Source: Entomortierella parvispora E1425 (lineage: Eukaryota > Fungi > Mortierellomycota). Taken from it: a DNA stretch of 64,000 nucleotides. A program made the translations under genes and the position numbers. Below the pieces are notes generated by a model that worked only from the letters and a program-made list of their open reading frames with translations, ran no database searches and was not told where the DNA came from. This document shows, piece by piece, positions 48,470 through 59,362 of the stretch (position 1 is the first letter of the stretch; every line of letters starts with the position of its first letter). The stretch covers positions 1,736,001 through 1,800,000 of the forward strand of contig BQFW01000004.1 of NCBI GenBank assembly GCA_020891255.1, written 5' to 3'.

Positions 48470-50489
48470 ATGTCAGCTGCATTCTCTGTCGCACTTCCCG
48501 CTATTACCGACGCTGTTATAGGCAGGTTCAAGGCCCTTGGATTTTCTATATCTCGTCTGACCCCTCTTGCGCTCTCCTAACCCCGCTCGCTCAATACCTT
48601 TCAATACTCATAGACACGATCGGCAATACCCCGATTGTCAGACTTGCCACAGCTGGTAACAGGGCCCAGAGTAAGCATTCAAAGGAGCTATGGTACCGTT
48701 ACAAGTGACCATCACTCACTTTTCTCTTCGTATGCTTTGTAGTTGAACTTTTGGCGAAACTAGAGTATACCAACCCCAGTGGCTCTAGCAAAGACAGAGT
48801 TGCGCAGAGGATCCTCGCCAAATTGCATGCCACCAACAAGATCAAGGATTCAGTCACCACCCTTGTTGTTCCCAGCAGCGGCAACTTGATTATCAGTTTG
48901 GCTTTAGTCTCCCCCAGGAACGGCAACTACAAGGTCATTGGACTCGTCCCTGAAAGGACTAGCGAGGACAGGATTCACCTGCTGAAGTCCCTTGGTGTGG
49001 AGATTGTTCGTACCCCCATCGAGGCCCATGCTGACTCTGCAGAGTCCCAGTTCTCGATTGCAAAGAAGATCGCCACTGATCTGCCCGAAGCCATCCTCGT
49101 TGATGAGGTATGTACCATCCTGAGAAATTTTTAAAAAAATGCAGTGCGGGCTATCTGCGACAAATCGTGACTCAGATTGGAGTGATTTCGCCATCGCGAC
49201 TAATTTTTACAACTTTGGTATAGTTCCTAAACCAGGAAAGTGTGGCTGCCCATAGCCAAGTGACAGCAGAGGAGATCCTTATCCAGGTAAGGGCACCACA
49301 TTGTCGACGATGAGGATTCCCAAGTCTTTAAGAAGGACTATTCACTAATCCGGGCTTTCTATAGTGCGAGGGTCGCTTGGACGTACTTGTTGTCGGAGTA
49401 GAATCAGGAGGAATGATTACTGGACTGGCAAAAACGTTAAAGGCAAAAATTCCTGGACTCAAGGTCGTGGGAGTAGAGCCAGAGCACTCTTCCATTCAAG
49501 ACGGCGTCACCAGGACTGGAGCTTGGAAAGTCGAGGATATTGGTTGCAACTTTACCCCTTCCGTTTTGGACAAGAGCCTCATCGACGAATGGATTCAAGT
49601 TTCTGATCAAGTGTCCTATTCTACTGCACGTCAACTCATCCGCGAGGAAGGCATTTTCTGTGGTAAGTAACGAGCTTCCATCGGAATGTATCCCTGTTCT
49701 CCCTTGAAACGTCAACTGACTCGAATATCTCTGTGCGTCTTAGGTCCATCATCCGGGAGTGTTGTCTCGGCTGCATTGCGCTACTCTCAATCTCAGGCAA
49801 AGGAGTCGTCTCAGAAGCTTCGCGTCTTGACCATCTTGAATGACACTGCACGCAACTATACCTCAACCTTGCTTTCCGATGATTGGCTCCTGGAGCACGA
49901 CCTTATGGACGAGAACATGGCCAAGTCTGTGGCTTATCACCGCCACGAGAAATACCGCGCCGCCAGTGTCGAAGAATTGCAACTGCCTGCCGCTGTCACC
50001 ATCCCTCCCACGTCAACGGTTGGCTATGCATTGGATCTGATGATGACCCGCGATTTCTCTCAGCTTCCTGTGCTAAACCCTACCAACAGGAAGTTGATGG
50101 GCTATATCTCACTCACAGCCTTGACAACTTTGCTCGAGGAAGGTCAAGCACAGGAATCCGATTTGGTCTCCAAATGGATGTACTCGTTCTTGAAGAAGAA
50201 CAAGTCAGGCGGACCCCGTTCAACGTAAGAGGGCCCAAATATCCACATTGCACATTATCTGATCAGATGGACTACTACAGGGTCATGTCTTAACCTTCTG
50301 TTCATTACTTTTCTTAGATATGAGACTATTACACCAATGACCCCATTGTCAGATTTGTCCAAATTCTTTGAAAAGCACTCTTTTGCTGTGGTTACTGACG
50401 AGGACCGCCGTTGGTGCCTGGGTGTTGCCACCAAGTACGATCTTATGACGTTCCTTAACCGTCGTCAGAGCAGTGGGCGATCCTTCTAG
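48470..50489 (+). CDS. Divergent cystathionine-beta-synthase-like protein (fold-type II PLP domain plus CBS/Bateman pair); multi-exon
   Basis: DTIGNTP.VRL, AKLEY.NP.GSSKDR (PLP Lys), GVEIVRTP, VVGVEP, VSD...ARQLIREEG..CG.SSG, ILND..RNY.ST..SDDWL; C-terminal CBS pair DFSQLPV...MGY...FAVVTD...GV.TKYDL. Stop TAG 50487-50489. Confidence 0.85.
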
Positions 50490-50601
50490 ATATTTACTCT
50501 CACGGACACATTCTAGATAAAACGTTATACTTTTATTTTTACTGGTGTTGGAGGTTTGTTCTAATCATTGTCTATGTACAAAACTCCTGTTTTTCAGGAT
50601 T

Positions 50602-51959
50602 TTAAGCATAGATGGGGATGTTGGCATAGACAGCAGGGTCGTTCAAACGGAAGTTGATATCCATGGAGTTGATGGTATCCATCTCTGAGGAGGAGAGCTC
50701 AAAACCAAAGATGTCTGCGTTCTGGGCCATACGGGTCGTATCCGCAGACTTGGGGATGACAGCGATCTTGTCCTGGACCAACCAACGGAGAATCACCTGG
50801 GCCACCGTCTTTTTGTGATGGGCTGCGATCTTGGAGAGGCGCTCCTCCTCGAACAAAGGAGTGGCCTTGGCAGCAGCGTCGTTGAAAGCGACGTAGGATG
50901 CGGGGCCAAAGTTGGAGTAGCCTGTGATCTGGAGCCCCTGGCTCTTGGCGAATCTAATCAAGATAAAGTATGTAACGTCAGTCATGGCGTCATCAATAAG
51001 AAATCCTCTTTCAAAAAACAGTGTAGTGAGTACGTGGGGCACAAATGGGATATTAAAAAAGGCGCTTACTTGATAAGAGCAGAGTTGTTCAGGTAGGGGT
51101 GAACCTCCACATGAAGAACAGCAGGCTTGACCTTGGCATACGACAACACATCCATGAGCAAGATGGCCGAGAAGTTGGACACGCCAATGTTCCTGACCTT
51201 GCCTGTGGCAACCAAAGCCTCCATAGCGGCCCAGGTCTCATGAACGGGAACAGGATCCTGCTCCATGTTGCCCCACTCGGGAGGGTAGCGGGTCTCAAAA
51301 GGCACGTACTTGAGCGAGATGGGGAAGTGGATGAGGTAAAGATCAATGTATTCCAATCCGAGATCCTTCAAAGTCCTCTCGAATGCCATGGGGACGTGCT
51401 CCTTGTGATGGTAGGTGTTCCAGAGCTATGAGGAGAGGAAGTGGAATGAGAATCGATCCTGGCTTAGCTCTGGTGCATCAGCGACAAAACAGTGCCTTCT
51501 ACAATTATAAATACGTACCTTGGAGGTGATGAAGAGCTCCTCGCGGGTAACAATACCCTTCTCAATGGCCATCTTGATGCCCTGACCAACCTCAACCTCA
51601 TTGCCGTAATCGCAGGCACAGTCGATCAATCTGCAGAGTCATGTTTCCAAATCAGTTTGTGATCAGTTTGTGATCAGTTTCACCAAGTCAAGAGCACACG
51701 ACTTCAACCACCAGACGAATGCTCGGTTCTTACCTGTATCCGGACTCAATAGCCTACAGACAATGGCGAAGAGGAACTCGGTTAGATCAACTGTAGACCG
51801 TGCTGTCGTGAGAAAGTAAGAAAATGGCCATAGTGAGGTTAGCTCTCTCACCTTAAACACGACCGAGGCAGCCTGGTCCTTGGGAATCTTCCAGGTGCCA
51901 AAGCCGAGCAAGGGCATCTCGTGGTTGCCGGGCTGGAGGGTAACAGTCTTGGAGGTCAT
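50602..51959 (-). CDS. XYL1: Aldo-keto reductase, D-xylose reductase (AKR2B / Xyl1 / Gre3-like); includes a 20-nt micro-exon (51734-51753)
   Basis: [53 protein letters not shown]...[26 protein letters not shown] (NADPH type) and FRLNDP. Confidence 0.9.
51651..51680. repeat. Tandem 11-nt repeat (ATCAGTTTGTG)x2.7 in a xylose reductase intron
   Basis: Direct read of the sequence. Confidence 0.85.
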
Positions 51960-52535
51960 GGTGTACTGAATGAGAGATGAGAGTGAATTGGAAGGAATGG
52001 ACGAATACAGAAGGATGAGACCAGCGAGCGAGACTTTATTTTCCTTCCCTTGATTTTTCTGTGCTCCGTTCTCCAATCGCCGTTTTTTATTTTTATTTTT
52101 TTTTTTTGCGAAATTCCCCGTTGTGCTGCCACGTAAATCCGTTGACGATCCCTGGAGGATCTTTGTAGTCATGAGAACACTGCTCCAAGCTGCGCACCTT
52201 GTACTCCCTGGGATCGAGACCCCTCCCACTTTCTAATCCCGATGAAACTATCCCCGGACCTCACAAAACAACAAAAAAAAAAAGCGGAGAGCCGCGTTGA
52301 CCGAAGAAACTCCAGCAAGCAAAGCCCATTCCAGTCACAGCCCCATGCATTACGTTTTTATCTTTTTCCCAGATCTTTCAATTGCTCTCTTTTCTGCTGA
52401 CTCTCGCTGTGCCCATCTGCCATACTTTTTCCATAGATGGAATCTTCACAAGAGATCACTTGCTGGAAATATGTTGATTAATGGTGTTGTTATCATGCAA
52501 GTGTTTAATATGTTTGTGTGGCGCCTCTTTTCCGT

Positions 52536-53549
52536 GCTATTGGCCCCACCATGAAAGCAGGCCCAAGCCATCGCCCTCAATTGAACACTATGAGAGAATT
52601 TGAGAAAAAACAAAAACAATGAGATTAGTTTCATGTTCAATTCCTGCGCCTGACAACCACTTTCACGATATGCGAGTCAAGTAAACATAGGGGATTCAAC
52701 ACTTACTGTGATGGAGTAAGGGGCATGTTTAGCAGAGTTGGCGGTCAGATCAGGAGCATCGACGCCTTCCTTCTTTGGCCGGACTGAGGGTGAGGTATCG
52801 AAAAACTGTTCAGACTCGACCCGGAACCGAATCTCCTCGTCAAGATCCATAAACATCTCGTTCTCCTCGTAAAGCCAGACCCAGACTTGTTCTTCGGCGT
52901 TGAACTGTGAATTAGGTTGGAGGTATCCACGAGGAATAAAAATATCGTCAAAGAATCCCAGCGTGACTATTCATGGAGATGTGGAGGGACAGAGTCAGCT
53001 ATCGCCGTCCAGATCTCAACAGATCCTATTGCCCTTGGGTGTCATGATTTCTCCTGCTTCTTACCTCGAACGCCTTCTTGGTTGCTGGATCTGATCTTGC
53101 CGGTGATGATCTCTCCGATGAAAGGGCGGAAGATGACCATTCTAAAGTGGACTGTCACGTAACTACAACCGTCTCCATGATGAATAAATCCTTCGCTCGC
53201 GGTAATAATGTCGTGCAGAGCGATACACAATCCAATATCTTGAAGCACCTGTAATAGATTTCCCAGGTAGGATCCAATTGATGTGTCGTTGCAATTGTTC
53301 ATAGTTGTGGTGAGTAGATCGAGGCGACCATAGAAAATTGAAATGAGGAGAACGGGACAACCATGTCAGCTTAGAAGGTCCCATGGTCCAAGGCCTGTTT
53401 TTTTTGCCAGTCATCGTCAACAACGCGCGGCGCTGTACCTTGTTTGCGTATTTGCGGTTGACTTCATCTGTGATAGCCTGGGACTTCTTTTTCCTGAATC
53501 CCGAGGGCTCGATCTTGATAGTGTCCTTGATCTCGCAAAGATTGAACAT
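52536..53549 (-). CDS. RPC25: RNA polymerase III subunit RPC8/C25 (Rpb7 family), multi-exon
   Basis: MF.L..I.D.I.I.P..F...AI.DE.N.KYANK|V...GLCI..HD...EG.I.HGDG...V.FRMVIFRPF.GEI..GKI......G|V.LGFFDDI.IP; C-terminal GLGLLSWW. Confidence 0.95.
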
Positions 53550-54238
53550 GACAGATGTGTATAGATTGGTAGGGACGACGGCTGCACTGGAGAATACGCA
53601 ACAATGTGGAGTTTTTTTCTGATGGTCTTTTCGTGCTGTGTCGAGGACAGTTGAAAGGCGCTAGGTCCTGGTATATGTGTCTTCCTGGCGGTCGAAGAGA
53701 TGGGAGACTGCGTTCCGTGAGGACAAGGGTTGGAGGAATGCAAGCAATGTACGAGGTCCAGATGCTATGGTGGTCTTCCGTTATGTCCGTGGCTCCGTGT
53801 CAAGTTGATGGGGGGCTGCTCGTTGCGGGATGGATGAGAGAAGAAAGAAGATGCCACCGTCGACGGCCATGTGTCACCCTTTGTCAAGCTGAATGCGCCT
53901 CCAGAGCCAGTGTTGGAAAAAGAAAGAAAAAAAAGTCAAACATAAGCCACAGGGCCGCACTCAAGCCTAGAAATGTCGAATATTTTAGTCTGCAGTTGGA
54001 ATAAACTAATCAGGAAAACCGCGGACCTTCTTTTGTTGCCACCAAAATGGTATCTTTCTTTTTTTTTCATTTGACTCTTTTTGTTTCCGCTGTTCTTTTC
54101 TTTGTCGCCTTCCTTTCCCCCACTGCCTTCACCTCTCCTCTGCTTGCTCGACACTCTTCTCCCTGCCTCTGTCGTTCATGAACCTGTTTGCAGCACTCGT
54201 CAGCTGAGAAAGAGAGTCGCTCTGTTCCCACGCATTCC

Positions 54239-55945
54239 ATGAATGTCATGAACTCACATGGCCCCATCCATCGCCAGCGTCGTCGACGTCCGTTGTGCAG
54301 GAACCCCTTTTATCTACAGGAGCTCGGTCTTGCACAACCTGGATCATTTCAGAAACGGTTCTTGTCTAGCCGTCTCTTGAGCATCGTGCTTGATCCAACT
54401 ACAAGTGTATCACGCGAGCATGCAGGCGCAGTTAATACCGTAGATATTGAAGAGGCCGAAGGAAGATAGTAAGGGCGCAGCCAGTGGGCGATTATTGTTG
54501 CAGGAGACACTGTCAAGGATGGGGTTTTGACGGGATCTCGTATGTCCTTTATTTTCTCAACTGATAGTTTATTGTCAGGAGGAGGAGATGGAAACATTCA
54601 TCTATATGACTTGGATGTGTCGGAACGCGAAGAGCGCCGTGTCATCCACAGCATGGCCGATGCGCATGGGTAGGAAATCTTTCTCCTCATCAGTTTCCCT
54701 ATTTCTTTCACGAGTCCACAAAGGTTCATTTTGATAAACTAATGTTTATTGTGGTTGAAACAGGAGCTACGGCGCCCACAAAGGTGGTATTTCCCGTGTC
54801 CGATGGTATCCGTTTGACAACGGGATGTTTACCAGCTCATCCTTTGACAGCAGTATCAAAGTGTGGGATACCAATACCATGGAGGTAAGAAAACGAACTG
54901 GACTTTGGGATGGTGAATGGCCCATAGCTTCAAACCTGACTGGACTTTGCCTTCTTTTGTCTGTTAGGTTGCATGTACGTTCGACCTCAACAACAAAGTC
55001 TATAGCCATGCCATGTCATCGAAGGCTACCCATGGACTCATAGCTGCTGCATCAGCGGACCCAAGGATTCGACTCTGCGATCTTCGTACAGGGGCTTTTA
55101 CTCACTCCCTGGCGGGTCACCGAGGAACCGTCCTGACGATTGAATGGTCACCGCGGCACGAGTATCTTCTTGCATCTGGAAGGTATTGTCAATGACAGTC
55201 ATGGAGAGTTTGCACTGTTCTCTAGTCCTTCTTTCTCATTTTATTTTGCCTTTCATTACGTAGTACTGACACGACCATTCGACTGTGGGATATTCGCAAG
55301 TCGACGTCCTGTCTCTGTTCTCTGGACCTTCACAACTCCAATTCTCCACCACTTGCAGAAACGAACTCTGCGCATACCAGGACAGTTAATGGTCTCAATT
55401 TTACACCGGACGGACTCCATCTTATCAGCGTGGGACATGATGACAAGATGCGACTCTGGAATATCTACACAGGCCAAAATACCCTGACAAACTATGGCAC
55501 GTTGATGCGCAACCAGTTTGTCAACAATTTGACGCCATTGATCTCCCCACTATCGGTCTTTGGTGGATCACCCTCATATGTATTCCAGCCGTCCGATGAT
55601 CGCTCCATCTTGATGTTTGACCTTTTGGACGGATCACTTGTTAAACGCTTGAAAGGGTCCTATGGAAGGGTGATTGCTTTGGCCTGGAGACCGAGAACAC
55701 AGGTACGTATAACTTCTGTTCAAATGATATTTCCCGAGGCAGCCCCACTTTTAATTGTGAGCCGAAAAATGCAATTGAGCAGAATTTGGACCATGCGTCT
55801 AATACCCGCTTTATTGCCAATATCACAGGAAATTTACAGTGCAGGTAATGACCACGACATCCTGGTTTGGGCGCCAAAGAGCTCAAATCAAGACACTGCC
55901 ATCCGAGCCATTGCAGATCAAGATACATGGTCAGACAGCGACTGA
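54239..55945 (+). CDS. ERCC8: WD40 DNA excision-repair protein CSA/ERCC8 (Rad28/Ckn1-like), multi-exon
   Basis: [53 protein letters not shown]....P.IRLCDL.TGA.TH.L.GH...V....WSP..EY.LAS and AH...VNGL.FT.DG..L.S.G.D.KMRLW. Confidence 0.92.
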
Positions 55946-57868
55946 ATCAGATCTCTCGAAAGCTATAGACCAAAAAAAACTGGGGTCCTGGCGAGGAATC
56001 CGGTTTTTATTTTCGGTAATATTCTTGCGCCATAGAATTGATAAAGATCGCAAGGATGAGATTGCATGCATCATGCCGATTTTCCAATGACAGCACACGG
56101 GCGTATGTAACTTGCCTCCGTTCTTATCTATAATATACCTTATACCTTTTCTTGAGCACAATCTCCACTTGCTGTCCACGGGTGCGATTGCCATCATATC
56201 GCGTGAACAAAACGAATGTGTGGTGTTCAATGCATGGCGTTTTACATAACCCCACTAATTTCGTCCCTGCTTCTATACGCCTCGTCTGAAAGAACTCCCC
56301 CTCCACCTGTGTTTACCCCTATTCATGGGTCATCTGTTCTCCCTGCGGACCAAACTTGTCGTCGTTGCCACTCAGGTGATGTTTGGGTGATTGGGGGGGG
56401 GGGGGGAAGGGGACACGGTCCTTTAGAAGTGGGGAGCTGAACATGATTCCACTGGTGCAGTCAAAATTTCTGAAGTGATTTTGGCGGAGGACCAAGAGGG
56501 AAAACATCAGCGAGTTCCCATACCCAGAACATTAGTTTGGAGCAGAGTGTCTTAGCTGCCTCGGATTATCATAATCCCCAGATTCGAACAAGCAAACATG
56601 GGATTCATTGGGGGAGATTCGAACCAGGGTCGGAAAAAGGAACGGCAAAAAAAAAAAAAAAGTCGACGCACAAAGTAGCAAGGAATTGATAACGATCAAA
56701 CTTTTTTTTTGTCGCAATTGAAAGCCTTTTCAACCTGTCAGCCCCATTGGACCCTGGAGGGAAAAGAAGGGATGAAGGGAGGCGAGGGGAAGGCCCGGGA
56801 TGCATGGGGAGGGGAGAGAGGAGTGACTTTTTGAACCCTACCCACGGAATAAGAAGGCTCGGAAAGGACAAGCGTATTTTTTTTTTGCGATGGCTAATCG
56901 TGTTCACACAAAATTGAGAGCCGGTGTGTTTGCACTACGGTTCTCATGTTGTATCTGTGGAGTTGAGGGTCAGGGCGTGTCAACGTGGTACAAACGGCGA
57001 AAAGACACATCTCCCAACTATGTCGGGTGAGCGCAATTAGCGTAGGCATAAACTGATCTCATATCTTGCCCCTCATCTCGATGCAGAGCTACTGGTCTTG
57101 GGCGGAAGGAGGCTAGTCTCACCCTCTATCCACTTAGACGAGTCTAGCACTGCATCTGAAGAGAGGGGAGTGGAAATGAGGGTGGGGACCCTGTTCCTGA
57201 ATTTCAGATTGTGCCTAAAATGAACAATGTACAATGTTGTGTGTAAAGTGCTGAGTTTCCTGGAGGAGACAGGATGATATTGACATGTTTGTATTCGATA
57301 AGAGCTCTGGTCATTGGGAAGAGAGGATGTTCTGAGGGGTCTCAGAGAAAGGAAGGCGGTAATGTTGACAAGTCGTGTTTTTTTTCTGTCCCTTGCTCAG
57401 TAAGTTTGCGCCGTGGCAAAGGAAAGCAGCCAGGATTTTTGGAAGGAGGAAGATCATGCAAGATAAAGAACACAAGGGTAGCTCGAACGACCTAACCTAA
57501 TGGCCAGTCGGTCATCTGCCTCTGTTGACAATGGACAGCAGGCAACTAAAAAAAAAGGATTGTTGACATAGCTGCCTTTCTGTTTGAAGGGCAAGACTTT
57601 GCAGTGCTCAAGATTATGACCGACAGAGAGGAAAAGAGCCCTTTTGCTTCGTAAACATATGAAGCGGCAATCTCTGATCCACGGACCCTTCGTTTTAGTT
57701 GCCCCAAAAGGATAGGTAACTCGGTGCATTGTTGATTTGGTTCTCATGGGAGATACAATCGATCAAGGCTCTTTTGTTGCTCTCCCCTCGTAGAAAGCTG
57801 GGTAATGTGTAATGTAGTCACCACAAACCCGGAAGCCTCAACTCTGAAAACAAAGGACAAAAAAAAGG

Positions 57869-57874
57869 TATAAA
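57869..57874 (+). promoter_or_regulatory. TATA box of the AA11 LPMO gene
   Basis: TATAAA about 80 nt upstream of ATG 57953. Confidence 0.55.
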
Positions 57875-57952
57875 TTCATCTGCTAAATACCCCACCATCC
57901 CCTACATTTCTCTTGCACCTCACTCCACCTTCCTCACCTTAATACAACCACA

Positions 57953-58901
57953 ATGAAGTCCATCATCACCACTGCTGTTGTAGCCCTGTCATCTTTGGTC
58001 CTTTTGACCGAGGCCCACATTTCATTCCGCTACCCTTGCCCACGTCTCGGACCCTACGCGGAATGCCCTCAGCCCAATGACAGTCAGTGGGACTTGGTTG
58101 ACTACGATGTCCAGTCACCTCTCGGTACCCATGTAAGTTCTGCTTTCCCTCACAATACCATTGCCCAAAACAACAACATAGCCACCGAGCGGAGTGTTTC
58201 GTTTTGACGTTTCCATCCACTGACTTTTTTTCCATTTTTTTTTCCCTTCATAATCAGGACCAAATCACAGACCCCATTTGCAAACACTCTTTCTCGTTCG
58301 CCGGTGTCCGCCCTGTCTTCACAGCTGGCCAAACCATCCAAGCCAAAATGGATGTCAATGTCAACCACAACGGAGGAAGGTATGATAGCTTGTTACCAGC
58401 AGACAATAATGGATTTTTCTCTCAACAATTGCGTCTTAGTTACCTATTTGTCCTCTTCCATTACTATACTCTCCTTTCTCGTCTTTTAGCTGTCAATGGG
58501 CCTTGTCGTACGACAATGGCTCCAACTGGGTGGTCATCCAAGACCAATTCCAGAACTGTTTGGCGAGTGCGCCCGCAGACAGTACCTACACGCTCCCCAT
58601 CAAAATCCCAGCCAACGCCCCCACGGGCAACAACGTGGTCCTGAACTGGATTTGGAACAACAACGAGGGCAATCGTGAGCTTTACTCGAGCTGTGCCGAT
58701 ATCGTCATCCAGGGTACTAGTGGAGGCTCACTTTCAGGCGTCGTGCCTCTGTACGCCAACTATGGTCCCAGCTCCCCTTACATCCCCGAGAAGGCTGTCT
58801 CGGGCGGTAACTGGGGTCAGGCTTACTTTGCTGCCCGAAAGAACATCACGATCACGGTCCCAGCCCAGAAGATCAAGCGTCAGATCGTTCCTTTGAACTA
58901 A
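57953..58901 (+). CDS. Secreted lytic polysaccharide monooxygenase, AA11-like; 3 exons
   Basis: 21-aa signal peptide ending LTEA, leaving His1 (58016-58018); second His in NHNGGSCQWALSYD (58366-58368); W.W.N.EGNRELYSSCADI (axial Tyr). Exons 57953-58132, 58258-58379, 58490-58901. Confidence 0.88.
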
Positions 58902-59362
58902 ACAAAGGAAAACGAAGGAAACTACCAATGAAAGTCTGGAGGAAGAAAGGAGGAAAGAATGATACGCCAACGCGCTGCTGGATACAACGCGTGCGACTCA
59001 ATTATTTTTCACATCTGCGATGAGAAACAACAAAAAAAAAAAAAAAAAAAAGAACTCCCCTTGGATTCTTTGAAGTTGAATCTGGAGAAGCGTTCATCAG
59101 GTTGAACTCCTTCGATATTTTGGTAGCCGGTCGTAAAAACAGTAAATAAAAAAATAAAAAGGCGCACCCGCTCATAATGTCCGCAAGAAAGAACATGTGG
59201 CGTGCTGCTTTTATTAGAGTGAAAAGGGTAAGAAGGAACTGAGGCAGTCTTTGAACTTGTCAGTCCTCAGATTGCCAACAGTGTAGGGAAGGCAGCAGTA
59301 CTAGAATACTCAAGAAAGTAGAGGTAAAAGAGAAACAAATACAAAAATACAAAGGGAGTTTC

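Noticed and set aside
57240-57750. GTAAGT donor at 57400 and a protein-like segment IVDIAAFLFEGQDFAVLKIM
   Set aside because: Splicing to the nearest acceptor gives an immediate stop, and no coherent gene model could be built.
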